From: Tubulanus polymorphus
Lineage: Eukaryota; Animalia; Nemertea
Direction of reading: 5' to 3'
Length of the DNA stretch: 64,000 nucleotides
Assembly: GCF_964204645.1 (NCBI RefSeq)
Contig: NC_134029.1
Location: 10,566,850 to 10,630,849 of the forward strand
Part shown: piece by piece, positions 13,043-26,347 of the stretch
How positions within the stretch are numbered: position 1 is the stretch's first letter
How the letters are laid out: each line of letters begins with the position of its first letter
Translations under genes and position numbers: made by a program
Notes under the pieces: generated by a model
Databases searched by the model: none
Seen by the model: only the letters and a program-made list of their open reading frames with translations
What the model was told of the DNA's origin: nothing

Positions 13043-13610
13043 CCCATTTGCTGCCGCTGATGAGATAAATCGTCATGGTGGGTGCACCGCAGTTTGCCAT
13101 GACGAGTTATATCGTCATCGATTCAATGTCATTTCATAGCGTTATGAATGATCTGACAGAGGCGAGAAACCAGCTAACAATTGTCTGGCAGTATGGAGAT
13201 ATCATTTGTAAGATATCATTTATGGGGGTAACTCAAGTCTGTTGCACACTTGAAATTTTTCAGAAAAATCTTCAGAAAGCAATGAATTTTAGCTTCTTTT
13301 CCGGCCAATATTTAGAGAGAATATAACAACTAAAATCATTCTATATCATTTTTACGATAAAACCTTTATTCTTTTAGATTTTTATTTAATTTTTCACACT
13401 TCACTGGCAATGGGGACAAGAAATAATTGAGAATCTCTTCACCATTGCCAGTGACGAGTTATCTCGTCATGTGGTTTTTTATACTAAAATAGATCAGTGT
13501 ATTAATTTATCAATGTACAAATAGTGCTGGCAGCATATAAATTGTATAATGTCAAAAATTAGCGTTGGCAATGATGACTGGACCTTAAACCGCTAGGTGG
13601 CACGAACGTG
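13043..13610. mobile_element. Probable piggyBac-type MITE
   Basis: TTAA on both sides; imperfect TIRs cccatttgctgcc / ggcacgaacgtg; internal tgacgagtta motifs. Confidence 0.5.
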
Positions 13611-14274
13611 TTAATCAATCATCTGTCTATTCTTTAGGATGTTCATCTGTTGAAAGAATCCAGTTATTTTAAGAAGTTATGTAGATGCTTCAATGGATTG
13701 TCTTAATATTTGGTTTATACATTGTTCTACCCTAGACACATCTGCATCCCAAAACCTGGCCCTCGCAGAATCATGATGGGCAACTGGAGGCCATTTTTGT
13801 TTGTCCGGTTTTCCTTAGTGGGTTCGATGCCTTAGCCACTAAACCCTTCAAACGAGAAGTAAAACTTAAGTACTCGAACGCTCCCGTCAATAGTTTCACC
13901 TCGCGCAAAGCCCTGAATCTGTAGAATGCTGGCGCAAGTAACTGATTGTGCACACAGCTCAAATTGGATGTATTCTATACCTGTTTTGAATTTTCTTTTC
14001 CAGGCTTTAACTCAAAAACGGTTTAAGATAACTTAATGAAATTTGATGGATGGTTTGTCCTACAGACAGTGGATACCTAGTATTTCAGGTCCTGTAGAGG
14101 TCAAAGGTCAAGTTGGTGACTGGAAGTTGTTTTGGAACTTTCATTGTTGGGCTCTAACTCACGAACTGCTTAAAATAATTTTGTGAAACTTGAGAGATAG
14201 GATTGGCCTAGAGACAGTGGGTTCCATTGGAAGCTATTTTCATTGGACTTTGGAAGCCATTCTCTGTCTTTCAT

Positions 14275-15100
14275 CAGGGGCGGATATAGGGGTGCGCACC
14301 TGCGACATGTGCGACCCCTTGAATTTGTCAAGTGCCCTTTTCAAAAAGATTCTCATGAAAATACCGTCCCTATACAGCGCCTGCAAAATCCGACGTCCGG
14401 ACCTATGAAATGAATTAGAATTTGAATTATTGCCAAAAAGGGCACGTTTTATTGCAAAAAATGGCACGTTTTATTGAATCAATTGCCAAAAAGGGTACAC
14501 TATATTGAATCAATTGCCAAAAGGCACATTATATTGCCAAGAAGGGCACATTATATTGCGAAGAAGGGCACGTTCATTTGCCAAAAATTCAGAAAAGGGC
14601 TCCAAAAATCGTTTGAAAAATCCTGTTATGGGCAGAATTAATCACCAAAATGAGGGCGCATTCAATCATATTACCGTACTGAGGTGCTCGGACAGGGCAC
14701 AACTCAATGACTATCGGCACGTTCAAATTGCCAAAAAAATCCTAAAGGCACATTGTACCATTGTGCCAAAGGGCACGTTCGTCAAAAATTCAGAAAAGGG
14801 CTGAAAAAAATAGTCGGCTCAAAAATATGACTAAATAACTATCACATTCTAAAAGGGGCACATTCAAATTGCAATAAATACTAAAAGTGGTTTGTTATTG
14901 CCTAAAATTCAGACAAGGGTATTTTTTGCTATTTTGATGCCTCAGATGCTCTGATAGCTGGGTTTCAAATTTTAAACTGATTCTAAATCCCTTGGTGGCT
15001 TTGTACTTTCGGTGCTCGCCTCGTCGTGGTAAAACAAATCGGGACAGGTGCCCTCTTGAATGAGTGCTACCCCTTAAATTTGGGCCTAGATCCGCCCCTG
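14275..15100. mobile_element. hAT-type MITE with internal short tandem repeats
   Basis: TIRs caggggcggatatag / ctagatccgcccctg; ttcat duplicated on both sides; repeated attgccaaaaagggcac units. Confidence 0.8.
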
Positions 15101-15224
15101 TTCATTTCCTGGCTTTATGAACGGGTCAATATACGCTCAGGGTGTATTCTACACTTTGAGCTGATGTGGGGCATCATGATAAGTCATCATCAGCGACATT
15201 CTACTTAATATTTTTGCATTGCAG

Positions 15225-15411
15225 GTTACTATAACACTTGATGACAGCACTCCAGAAAGTTACATGCCTCCAGTAATTAAGGATGGTACCTCGCCTAGGG
15301 AAGAGGTCGATAAACCTGCATCTGTACCATTGCAAAAGGGTGACAATACTTATAAATTGGTTGATTTAGCATATGCTCGCAGTGGAGACAAAGGAAACAG
15401 TGCTAATATTG
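15225..15411 (+). CDS. atuA: AtuA/DUF1446-family protein, internal exon
   Basis: ttgcag|VTITLDD...LVDLAYARSGDKGNSANI(G)|gtaaaa; ARSGDKG is the AtuA C-terminal domain motif. Confidence 0.92.
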
Positions 15412-15870
15412 GTAAAATGTTCTTCGACTACTCACTCTAAATTAAGTCCTATCACTTTTTCTACATGTTTAAGTCTCGTTAGAGAGTGTTCAAATAGTAT
15501 ATATGATTTTGTGGGGTTAGGGGGTAAAAATTTACTAAAATGTACTAACTTTGTATGGCTGTGGGTTTAGAGAAAAATGTATAGACTTCTCTCATTGGGA
15601 GTCTCTTTAAGGGATGTACCGTCAATTTTGTGGACAAGAAATATCCTAAAACATGTCTAACGCTACACTTGCAATACCACTTGAGCATTGAAAACATTCA
15701 ACAAAATAGATAGGGATCGTTATTTTTAGAGTAGGCTTTTTATATATAACTGATACAACATATAAAATTCTCCAACGAGAAAACTACAAAAGAAGAAATC
15801 AAATTGACGATGATTTTTCATTTGCTGTGCTGAAAATTGCATGTCGATGCGCGTCGTCGTTTGCAGTATT

Positions 15871-15897
15871 TAGTTAGATTAGATTAGATTAGATTAA
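15871..15897. repeat. (TTAGA)n microsatellite
   Basis: About five ttaga units. Confidence 0.8.
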
Positions 15898-17893
15898 ACT
15901 TTCATTCTCTTGACAATGAAAGTATAAGGAGGTTCATACAATATACATGCATATATAACAAAATATCAAAACATACAATAAGAAATAAATAGATATAAAT
16001 AGTATCGCAGTTATTCAAAGGAATCAAAAATTATGTGTTTTTCATTTACAATAATAAGGCTGTAAAGAGAATCAATTAATGTATATTTACAATGATCAGT
16101 CTAGCAAAAACAAACAAATAGCATCAACAGTTTCTACTTACAAACCAAAATTTGAATCAATGATATGTACAGATATATGTAACCAATTAGCCAGATTTAA
16201 ATGACTTGGACGTTAAAGGACAAGTATCATCAATGGAGGTTCATACAAAAAAATTTCCATATTATCAGTGAGGACATAACAATGGCACTGTTTCAAATTT
16301 TAATCAATTTATATATTACACTTGGACAAGAATCGTATAATGTGATGTTTTAAATCACCATCAGTGGTATTTACCAAAGCCTTGTATTTCAGAACATTTG
16401 GGGAACGCCAGAAAAAAGAGGGAATGTGTAACTTGCGTTCTTTTTGTAATGAATTGCATTCGAGTAAACATGAAATTCATCACCTATTTCTGCTATACCA
16501 CATTTATGGCAAGATTTATCAAAATTCTCATGTATATACCGATCTACTTCCACAGGCAGCATATGGTTATTTGAACAAAACTTTAGCAGTAATCTTCTAC
16601 TTTTATGCTTCTACTTTTTAGGCGATAATTTATCAGGTAATTTTTTTCCCCCGTGCGGTGTAGGCCGCAAGCGGGTGACTTGGTATCCGCCTCCGTCCGT
16701 CCGTCCGCATGAGCTTGTGAACGCGATTCAAGAAGAACCGTTGATCGCAGGACTATGATATTACACAGTATGATTACCCTAGGGAGAGGATGTGCCCTAT
16801 TGATTCTGGGGTCCAAGGATCAAAGGTCAAGGTCACTACAGGTCATTCATGTAAAACCTTGTGAACGTGATTCAAGAAGAACCGTCGATAGCAGGACCAT
16901 GATATTACATACTATGATTACCCCTAGGGAGAGAATGTGCCCTATTGATTCTTGGATCAAAGGTCAAGGTCACTACAGGTCATTCATGTAAAACATTGTG
17001 AACGTGATTCAAGAAGAACCATCGATAGCAGGACCATGATATTGCGTAGTATGATTACCCCTAGGGAGAGGATGTGCCCTATTGATTCTGGGCTCCACGG
17101 ATCAAAGGTCAAGGTCACTTCAGGTCATTTACATGAAACCTTGTGTCGTGAATGTGATTCAGAAAGAACTGTTGATAGCAATACAATGATATTACATCGC
17201 ATGATTACCCCTTGGGAAAGGATGTGCCCTATTGATTTTGGGGAAAAAGGTCAAGGTCACTAGCTTTCATTCATATGAAACCTTGTAAAAACGATTCAAG
17301 AAGAACCATTGATAACAGAACAATGCTATTTCATAGTATGATTACCCTGGGAAGAGGATGTGCATTAGTGATTTTGGAGTTCTAGGGTCAAAGGTCAAGG
17401 TTGGTAGATGTCGTTTGCCTAAAACCCTGTAAACTCAATTCTTAAATAACCATTCATAGCAGGAAAATGATATTTCATAGTATAGTTATCCCTGGATACA
17501 CTCATCATTTTTCTCAGGGAGGAAAGTTTTCCGGATTTATCCGGAATTCCGGATTTTTCAAATCCAAGGTCATTTTTCTGAAAAGCCTAAAAACGATGAG
17601 AAAATGTGAGGGGGGGTAGGGTTTATTTGAAAGTTTGTTGGTACCAGTGGCCGTAAAAGCGCCGCAGACCGGACAACATTTATTTCATTTTACAGTTAGA
17701 TTCTATTACTGACGTTGAACAAGTGTATAATTTCCTTCTGTTACAATTATCGATCTTTCGGCGATAGCCGTGCACCTGAGTGACGTGACCTCATTTGTAC
17801 ATGTAGGCTACCTCTGGACGGCAGAGATCGTTATTGTTCTAAGTTTTTTGAGTCTCTTAATTCTCTGCAGTAATTGAGTGTGGATAGGTCAAA

Positions 17894-20800
17894 ATGAATT
17901 CCAAAATAGTAAGTCGTGCGAGTGACGATATAAAAACTATAGATCGTGATGTTAAAAATCCATGGCAATGGGCATGGTTGGGAGAGAAGGATTGTATTGG
18001 CGATGTTATGTCGATCTATTTAAAGAAGATAGATGCTCCTGGACTTGCATTTTGTTCTTTGTGTAACATGACTTTGAAATATGGAAACTCGGGAAAAGTG
18101 ATTTGAAAAAACATGCTAAGCGTGGAGACCATAAACGGGCCATTGAGGCCATTCGATCAAACGAACAACTTCCTATAGCTTATCAAGGGGTAGTGCCCCC
18201 AGCACTGGAAAGTGATGAATCACCCGGGGCGTCTAGCTCAAATTCTACGGCGACTCAAAATCAACCGATTGTGTCGGTCCTCGATCATTTTTCTAATGCG
18301 CAAGCATTAACCTTAGTTTTCTGGCGGAACACGGGCTGCCGTTTGCATTTGCGCCACATTTGATACAATTTACACAGGCTATGTCGAGAGATGAGAAAGT
18401 TCTCAGTCAACTTTCCATGAGTAAGGTTACGGCCAAGTATAAACTGACTCATGGACTAAGCCCAGCGGTTCACAAGCGTCTAGTCAGAGATGCAGCGCAG
18501 TTTTTTTTCAATCAATTTAGATGAATGTACGGCACAAAATAAAGAGCGAATCATCACGGTACTCGTCAACTTTTACTCAGAAATCGAAGGAAAGTGTGTC
18601 GTTAAGCATTTTGATTCTGTCAGGATGGTAACTGTGAATGCGCAGACCGTGTTCGATACCATTATTGGATTATTTGAATCGGCAAATATTTCTCTCGATA
18701 ATCTGATTTCGTCGCTCTCTGATTTGACAAATTACATGCGAGGACGTCTAAATGGCTATGAAGCCAAATTACGACGAAAAGTCAATCATCTGCTGGACAT
18801 TGACGGGGACATATGTCATCATGTACACAATATGCAGGGCTGCCAACCCTCCCGAATTATTCGGAATCCTCCCGATTTGCGTGAAGAAATTCCGACGATA
18901 CGATCGGGTATACAAAATTCCGACTTTTTTTTTCTTTTTCGGCGATGTCCGATTTTCCACCCGCCAGCGCGTTGTAACACAATATGATGATTTGGCAGAA
19001 CAGAATTGAATAGGTGGGGAATTTATAAGCACGCCCGCGGTGGATGAGTGCGTGGCTATATACTGTGTACGTGGGTCAGGCGATAAACAGCGCTTACTAG
19101 CGCGCGCGTGCGTGCGTGTGTATGAGAGTAGCTGTGTTATTTATTATATCTACGCATGGCGTACGATTATTTCGTAGTAGGAGAGCAGCTTTTTAATTTG
19201 TTTCAAGAATAAAAATAAAGTTCATTCGTTTTAAAATACGTTGTTTTCAATCATTTTTGTGAAAATATTATGACATGTGGCAAAATGTGATTGTTATTGT
19301 CAAATTGCTCCGCATCGTTTCGGAGAAGAATCGGTTTACTGCGGTAATTAGCTCGTTTTCGCAGCGCGATTAGCATTCGAAGATCCGGGTTAGATTTCAA
19401 CGTGTGGACTCTTTGAAATGTTTCGGTAAGCAATTGCTTTGCTAGTTTGAACCTTAATGTTGTCACTCTTGTGTTAGTTTGATTTAAAAAGATAATTTAA
19501 GATGCTTTTGAGCAGTGCATCTCAAAGTAAACTTTTAGTTCGCATATTTGGCAGATGGCAGCACCATCAAGTAGCATGTAGATTTAGAGACTTTTTACTG
19601 TTTGTATCTTTCAGTTCTGTACGTGGAGTCTCTCTTGGACAGTATCGTGGAATTGATGCTGGAAATGGATATATTCGCATGACAGCTGTATAGTGTTATG
19701 TAATTCGTTTGACAATTTATGCCAGTTTTATGTTCTTATTTTTTAGTCTATTGTATATTTTTGATAAACACTGTTGATTTTTATCTTTCATAAAATAATA
19801 AAGAAAAAATACATTCTGTAGAATTTGCTGATTTTTATTTTGCTAATAATTCCATATTTTCATATCCAGCTTTCATATATTACACGTGAAAGGTATTCCT
19901 AATTGAAAGCAAAATATTCCTACTTGGAAAAGTCACAATTTCTTCGGTTTCGATATATTCCTATTGAAACCTTCAATATTCCTAATTAATCTGCCATTCA
20001 TCCCTAAATGGAATTTTGAAAGGTTGGCAGCCCTGAATATGGTTAAGAACTTTTGTTCTGCATTTGACTCGTACCTTGAAAAGCTTTATGACGATATGTA
20101 AACCGACTTTGAGTATTCCCCGGATATACGTGAGGCATTAGAACAAATTTGTCTTATACTGAACATACCGTTTGTAGTTCCCGCTGAAAGAATCTCGCAT
20201 CGCTGGTTGTCTATGTACGACGTAACCGTAAAAAATCTGGAGCTCTTTGACGCGCTAACTTGCATTTACTTTTCATTTATGAGCGATGAGGACAGAAACT
20301 TCTATGATAACTATGTTATTGACATCCTGAAATCGTGCTCGGAGGCTTCTAGGAAACGAGTTTACAGTGTCGTTAAAAAAAAATGAAAAATAAATCCCTC
20401 ACTGCGGACGGTAAAGAAAGAAAACGACGGATTTATGAAAAAATGTTCTATAAGAGACAGGAGACTCTTATACACATGTATACGTACGCACGCATTTTAC
20501 CTTTGTTCAAATCATTCGTGATGATTTTTGAAGCTGATGAACCCAAAATACATCAGATTCATGACGAGATATATGCGCTGTCTAGAGATTTTACATGTGG
20601 ATATGTTAAGCACGAGTTTGTTAAAAAGCTCACTCCAGAGAAGTTATCCGAGTTCGACGCTACAGACAGTATGACACATCGTAAACTTGACGATATGTTT
20701 GTCGGGGCCGAAGCCAGCAACCTATTAGACTCGTGGGACAAAAAAATGCGCACACATTTCTTGGAAACTGTATCCAAGACATATATTAAATCTGGTGGAT

Positions 20801-21398
20801 ATCTACTGAAGAAAATGCCCCTTGAAAATCACCTTCTGCGTTGTTTATCGGCCATAGGGCCCGATGCGCTCGGTAACAGTGAAACCGCGTCTGCACTGAA
20901 AGACTTGGTTACCTACTTTCCCACTGTCATTTCACCAAACGACCACGAATCTATGAACAATTATTTCGTTTTCTATAATGAATGATATAATGGATAAAAA
21001 ATCGAACAGGATGCATGCATCAACATTCGCAGCTATTCAAAACGTAAAGTACGACTTGAAGGCTAAAGGTAAAAGCGCTTGAAGTTTACCATAGACCGGA
21101 CATAGTATATTCACCGGTAGACCGTAATATAGCATATCATATGCATACTGCCTACTCGAGATTTATTAAAAACAACTCGCAAATTCGGGAGAAGAAAAAC
21201 ACCGAAAAACGACAACTTGGTGTTGATTTAGCTCGGGAAAGTGAGCTACTGCGACCAAGAAAAGTTGCCAAAACTGCATCCAATCGACCAAGTCGTGTGA
21301 ACTTGAAAAGAAAAACGGTTCACCAAATAGCTCAAGAAACCAAACGTAGGATTATGTCCAGGGCTAGTGAAAGCGGTCGTCGTCAGTCTTCCAAATAG
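17894..21398 (+). pseudogene. hAT-like transposase, frameshifted and interrupted by a MITE
   Basis: WQWAW...CSLC...H...H (BED-like zinc finger), INLDECT, SDLTNYMRG, DICHHVHN continuing as MVKNF after the insertion, HRWLS. Confidence 0.85.
18835..20035. mobile_element. Non-autonomous DNA element with 6-bp TSD (hAT6-like), nested in the hAT transposase
   Basis: TIRs cagggctgccaacc / ggttggcagccctg; TSD aatatg at 18829-18834 and 20036-20041; removal restores the frame. Confidence 0.92.
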
Positions 21399-21904
21399 AC
21401 TGAAAATAACTTTGCGTTCGTAGTTTAATAGTTTTTAGATAGTAGTAGTTCTAGTTCAGGTACATTCTTAAATTGAATACTGTATATATGTTTTATGTTA
21501 ACGGATTTATATCTGATGTGATTTTATCATGACCAATTCGTTGGAATTTCCAGTGCAACCTGCTAGTGCTAACTTTTACTTATATATAAGTACCGGTAGT
21601 GTTCAAATTCGACATGGTCGGTGTGGAATTATTTGTGTTTTGTCAACATGGGAGCTGTTTAGTATGGATATTTCATGGAAATGTGAGTATTATTTTGCCT
21701 TTTTGTTATCAATGTAAAAAATAGAAAAAAAATATTACTGTGTACCGGTACTTCATGAATCAAACTGATGAGGGAGTTTTTAACACGGAATTCCGGACTT
21801 TATTCTAAACTGTTTGTTTGAAATGTTGCGATTATTTATATTGCGAGAATAGCGCATCTGCGTGACCTCATAGTGTGATCGATCATTAATAGGCTACGTC
21901 TATT

Positions 21905-21940
21905 CTACGAGCAATTATCTAACTAGATAATTGCTCGTAG
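21905..21940. repeat. 36-bp perfect hairpin with 7-bp direct flanks, likely a transposon footprint
   Basis: gtctatt|ctacgagcaattatcta-ac-tagataattgctcgtag|gtctatt. Confidence 0.8.
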
Positions 21941-23966
21941 GTCTATTTATAGCCACTAGAAGTAGTACGTATAGTGAGAAAACATAGCGTCGTGTCTCGA
22001 GCGTCTATCCTCAATACAGTCATTCGGGTAGCGCGGTGCGCAGCGCACAATGTTCACTTATTAAGGGGTTCGACCTCTACTGCTTCAGATGCTGATAGTT
22101 AGTGAAATGTGGATGTGTCGCATTGGAAATGTACATTACTTTCAAAATAAAGGGTCATCGTTCATGGGCTCAAGATCGCTCTAAGTGCTCGGAAAACGCT
22201 TTTAATTTCAAAAATTTTCTTGGGGGAGGACCCCAAAACCCCCAGAGGTTGCTTCGCGCCTTCGGCGCTCGCGAGGTGGGGCAGATGTATAACTTTTAAT
22301 TTTCCGGATTTTTCTTCTATGGTGACTTTCCTCCCTGTTTTTCTATACCAAAGATCAGTGTCTTCAGGGATCATTCATTCTATACTGGCTATCGCCGGGG
22401 ACATAGATAGGTAGTATCGAATTGCCTTGTTATCGTTTACATCCCTGAGCCATTTTTGAATGAATTGGTCTTGCAGTGTTCTCTTGACTGTTTTAGTCAA
22501 CCAGGAGACGTTCACTGGGTTCTGGTTAATGAAAATATAGCTTTGGCCACATTCATTTCAAAGGTTCTGAATGAACTGAATCCACTTGGAGTGGTATTCG
22601 TTCTGACCGTATAGATAAGTTATTATTTCACACATTATTTTACTTATTTTACTTGGATTTAGATCGTTTAGGAGTCTGCAACAATAATTGGGGTTTTCTG
22701 TTACATCACAGAAAACCCTATTGATATTCGCGTGTTTATTATTATTATTTGACAATTGACGTCAAAACTGCAAAGGCTTTCTTACCTTACCGCCGTTTCC
22801 AATACAATCCGTTTTATTTCATTTAGCTGACTTCGATCTACAGATACTGAATGGGAATTTTGATGAAACAACCTTACAAAAGCACTGTCCGGCTGTAAAC
22901 ATCGAAAAATTGAGTCGTCGTCCCGAAATCATGGTTGTCACATCCATTATCAATTCAAGTATAAATAAACAAATTCATTGCCCCGGCCCCATGCGCACTC
23001 AGCAGTTTGATATGACTCCCACCCTGAGGGGTGTCGCAAAAACAAACAACAGAAAAGTATCAGGTGATTATCGATAGCCTACTACGGAACACACAGTTGA
23101 CAAACAGTGTTAGACCTGTGCCGGTTGGTGCGTACTTAGTCTAGTACATAGCGGTTGTTCCCCAAACAACGTCAAGGGCAAAATGGGAACATATAAAGGG
23201 CAAATGCCATCAAAATTGTACTTTCCGCGATTTCTTGACCAGAAGAAACTTTAGTATACATATAACGACCTGAGATGTGACTTATTGAAAAAAGGAGCAC
23301 GAATTAGCCGTAATAGGTAGCAGAATAGTTATCTATTTATCCTTCACTCCGTGCGTATAGTTCATATTCAACCCACGGGTGGCGCTATTTATGATGTTAA
23401 CTATGACATTCAACACAAGCACATGTGCGCGCTAGTACGCGTAGCCTATGTATCGATTAAATAAACATCATTTGTTCACCGTATTCACTGACCTACAGTG
23501 CTACTCACTTATATACGATTATCATGGCATATACAACGGTAGCAACACTTACAATGGCAAGAGTTTATTTTTTCAAATCACTCCTAAAACGATAAAATAC
23601 CACATGAAATGTCTGGTGAAATGACTGGAAGCCGCGAGCGTTTGTCAGAGATGACGTCAGAAACACGCACCTGCTAACATAAACAATAACAGTGTGCACG
23701 TGCTGAAATTGCCAATTTAAAAGTGATATTTCTCAGTAATGATGAATAATTCATAAACAACCTAGAACAACCCCGAATTCCACAAGGTCAAGGAAACTGC
23801 AAATTTGGTTTACGTTGCCGTCTATAATGATGTACATAAGACTTCACTGATGTTGACTTGTGTTGACAAACCTCACATTTATCCATAAGGAATCTTGCCT
23901 AAACAAATTTTAATGTTTTTAATCATCAAAAGCTGCTGACGATCAAACAGTTAAGTGCCGGAGCTG

Positions 23967-24073
23967 GATTCAGTTCCACAGTAATCAGTTAGAGTTAACT
24001 CTGAGTTAAAATTAGTTCATTTTCAATCAGTTAACTCCGAGTCAAACTTAACTCACAACTGTGGAACTGGTTC
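23967..24073. mobile_element. Short palindromic Harbinger-type MITE
   Basis: Ends gattcagttccacag / ctgtggaactggttc; CTG on both sides; internal gagttaactc motifs. Confidence 0.65.
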
Positions 24074-24577
24074 CTGGTGACATAACTTTAAAAAAATCCC
24101 AAGTGCCCTTTTAGAAAGTCTGCATTATCAAGACACTAGCCAACTTAGCAACTAGTCGTGCGAACCAAACCAATCATTCACTCTTCTTATGAGCACAATT
24201 ATAGGCATGGCCTAAAAGGCTACAAGTATGCGTATTCATATTCATGGCAGGATATTTTGCCGATGCGCATTATTCCTGTTAATAGATAGGCCCAACTAAT
24301 TCTGATTGGCCAAAGAATAGATACAAATTTTCCTCCGCTCGATCCGCACACGGGGCCTTCTCACACTCAATCCAGTTGGTCTCCCCCCGAAGGTCGCAAC
24401 ACCAAGCTCGATCTTTACATCACCAGCTTCAGAAACAGAGTCAGATCAGAAATCATCAACACCTGACCAAAAAATCAATACAATCTCACGACAGTAGAAC
24501 GAAAAGCCATACTCACACTTGGAAACAACGGAGACATCATCATCAAACCTGCCGACAAAGGAGGCGCCACTGTCATC

Positions 24578-26347
24578 ATGAATCGAAACAACTACATCAA
24601 CGAAGCACACCGCCAACTTCACAAAACCGACTTCTACAAAAAACTCGACCAAGACCCCATCGGCCAGTTTACCAAAGAACTCAAACAACTTATCAAACCT
24701 CTACCCACCGAATTGAAGAACTATCTACTCGCTACAATACCAGCTGATCCAACACCGGGCACCTTCTACATTCTCCCGAAGATACACAAGAAGAATAACG
24801 CCAGACGCCCAATCATCTCCGGCATCGGGACCATCACTGAGAATATATCTGGCTACATAGATCGTCTCCTACGTCCATACGCAGCGAACACACCCAGCTA
24901 CGTACAAGACACCACAGATTTCATCAACAAACTCGCAAACATCAAAGCCCTCCCAGCAGAGACCCTACTCGTCACTATGGACGTCACAGCTCTCTACACC
25001 AGCATACCACATGAAGATGGACTCACCGCGATTTCCAGAACCTTACCTAACAACGAAAACTCACAGACCATCATCGATCTCATCAAGTTCATACTTAAAC
25101 ACAACTACTTCAAGTTCAACGGATCACTCTACATCCAGACCAAGGGTACAGCTATTGGCACCCGAATGGCCCCCCAATACGCCAACATATTCATGTCTGT
25201 CCTTGAAGAAGACTTCCTCCAAACACAGCAGCACTCACCACTTTTATACAATCGCTTCATCGACGACGTCTTCATCATTTGGACGTATGGGCTTGAAAAA
25301 CTAATTGAATTCCACAGAAACTTCACCAACTTTCATCCAGCCATCGAACTCAGCCTCGAACTCTCGCCTCTTCAAATTCCTTTTTTAGACACTCTAGTCA
25401 ATATCATCAACGGCAAACTCGAAACATCGCTCTACAGAAAATCTACTGACACCTACAGCTACCTTCACGGCACCAGCTTTCACCCACCACACACCATGAG
25501 ATCCATCGTCTTTAGTCAGGCCATTCGCTACCACAGAATCTGCTCCAACACTCAAGATCGCGACCAACACCTACAACAACTGAAAAATGCGTTCCACCAA
25601 CTTCAGTACAACCCTGAAACCATCGACCAACAAATCACTCGTGCTACTCACATACCCAGAGGAAGAACTCTCCAATACAACCCGCCCATGTCTGAAGAAA
25701 CCGAAAGAATCCCCATCGCAGTCACCTACAGTACGCGCCTACACAGAATCCAACGAATCATATCAGATCTCCAACCCGTAATCGAAGAGGATGATCATCT
25801 ACGCGACATACTACCACTAACACCAGTCATCCCCTACCGCCAACCAGCAAATCTAAGAAAACTCCTCATCAGCAGCAAACTATCCACCGAAGAAGACGCA
25901 GATAACAAATACACGCGCCTCTGCAACAAATCTAGATGTCAACTCTGCCCTCTCATCAACTCATCACCGACCGTCACCACAGCCAACAACCAACAACTCA
26001 AAGTCACTGGACCCTACGCATGCAACTCCACCAACATTGTTTATGCCATCACATGCGATATCTGCCCTGGAACCATCTACATCGGAGAAACTGGACAAAC
26101 ATTACGTCAATGCTTTAACGGTCACAAATTTGATATCAGACACAAGAAAATGGATAAACCTATCGGCGAACATTTCAATCTTCCGAACCACACCATCAGT
26201 AACCTTAAAGTGACCGCGTTACATAAAATGAACACTGCTAATAAGCATTCGCGCGAAATCATGGAACAAAAACTGATTCAACGTGGTGATACTGTTAATC
26301 TTGGCCTCAATCGCGATCTAGGATTCATGTCCCACTACAGAACGTAA
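24578..26347 (+). CDS. Penelope reverse transcriptase-GIY-YIG endonuclease (N-terminus truncated)
   Basis: In-frame KPADKGG upstream; LPKIHK, RPIIS, DVTALYTSIP, GTRMAPQYAN, RFIDD; CNKSRCQLC linker; IVYAITC..C...YIGET; EHF. Confidence 0.92.
   Translation: MNRNNYINEAHRQLHKTDFYKKLDQDPIGQFTKELKQLIKPLPTELKNYLLATIPADPTPGTFYILPKIHKKNNARRPIISGIGTITENISGYIDRLLRPYAANTPSYVQDTTDFINKLANIKALPAETLLVTMDVTALYTSIPHEDGLTAISRTLPNNENSQTIIDLIKFILKHNYFKFNGSLYIQTKGTAIGTRMAPQYANIFMSVLEEDFLQTQQHSPLLYNRFIDDVFIIWTYGLEKLIEFHRNFTNFHPAIELSLELSPLQIPFLDTLVNIINGKLETSLYRKSTDTYSYLHGTSFHPPHTMRSIVFSQAIRYHRICSNTQDRDQHLQQLKNAFHQLQYNPETIDQQITRATHIPRGRTLQYNPPMSEETERIPIAVTYSTRLHRIQRIISDLQPVIEEDDHLRDILPLTPVIPYRQPANLRKLLISSKLSTEEDADNKYTRLCNKSRCQLCPLINSSPTVTTANNQQLKVTGPYACNSTNIVYAITCDICPGTIYIGETGQTLRQCFNGHKFDIRHKKMDKPIGEHFNLPNHTISNLKVTALHKMNTANKHSREIMEQKLIQRGDTVNLGLNRDLGFMSHYRT

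Larger units (their letters stand above)
17515..22337 (+). mobile_element. hAT-superfamily DNA transposon with 7-bp TSD (hATw-like), decayed
   Basis: TIRs cagggaggaaagt / actttcctccctg; TSD tttttct; subterminal ttccgga motifs; transposase remnants inside. Confidence 0.88.
16640..22431 (+). mobile_element. Helentron-associated non-autonomous (HINE/DINE-like) element with ~120-bp tandem array, interrupted by an hAT at 17515-22337
   Basis: 5' T-run, short hairpin and (GTCC)n; about 7 units with aggtcaaggtca; 3' part resumes at 22338 and ends gccttgtt; intact inverted sister copy at 35506-36515. Confidence 0.8.

Noticed and set aside
16690-17500. Regular array that might be read as CRISPR, plus repetitive ORFs (also 35636-36542)
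   Set aside because: Whole ~120-bp units repeat with no unique spacers and no cas genes. The ORFs are by-products of a HINE tandem array.
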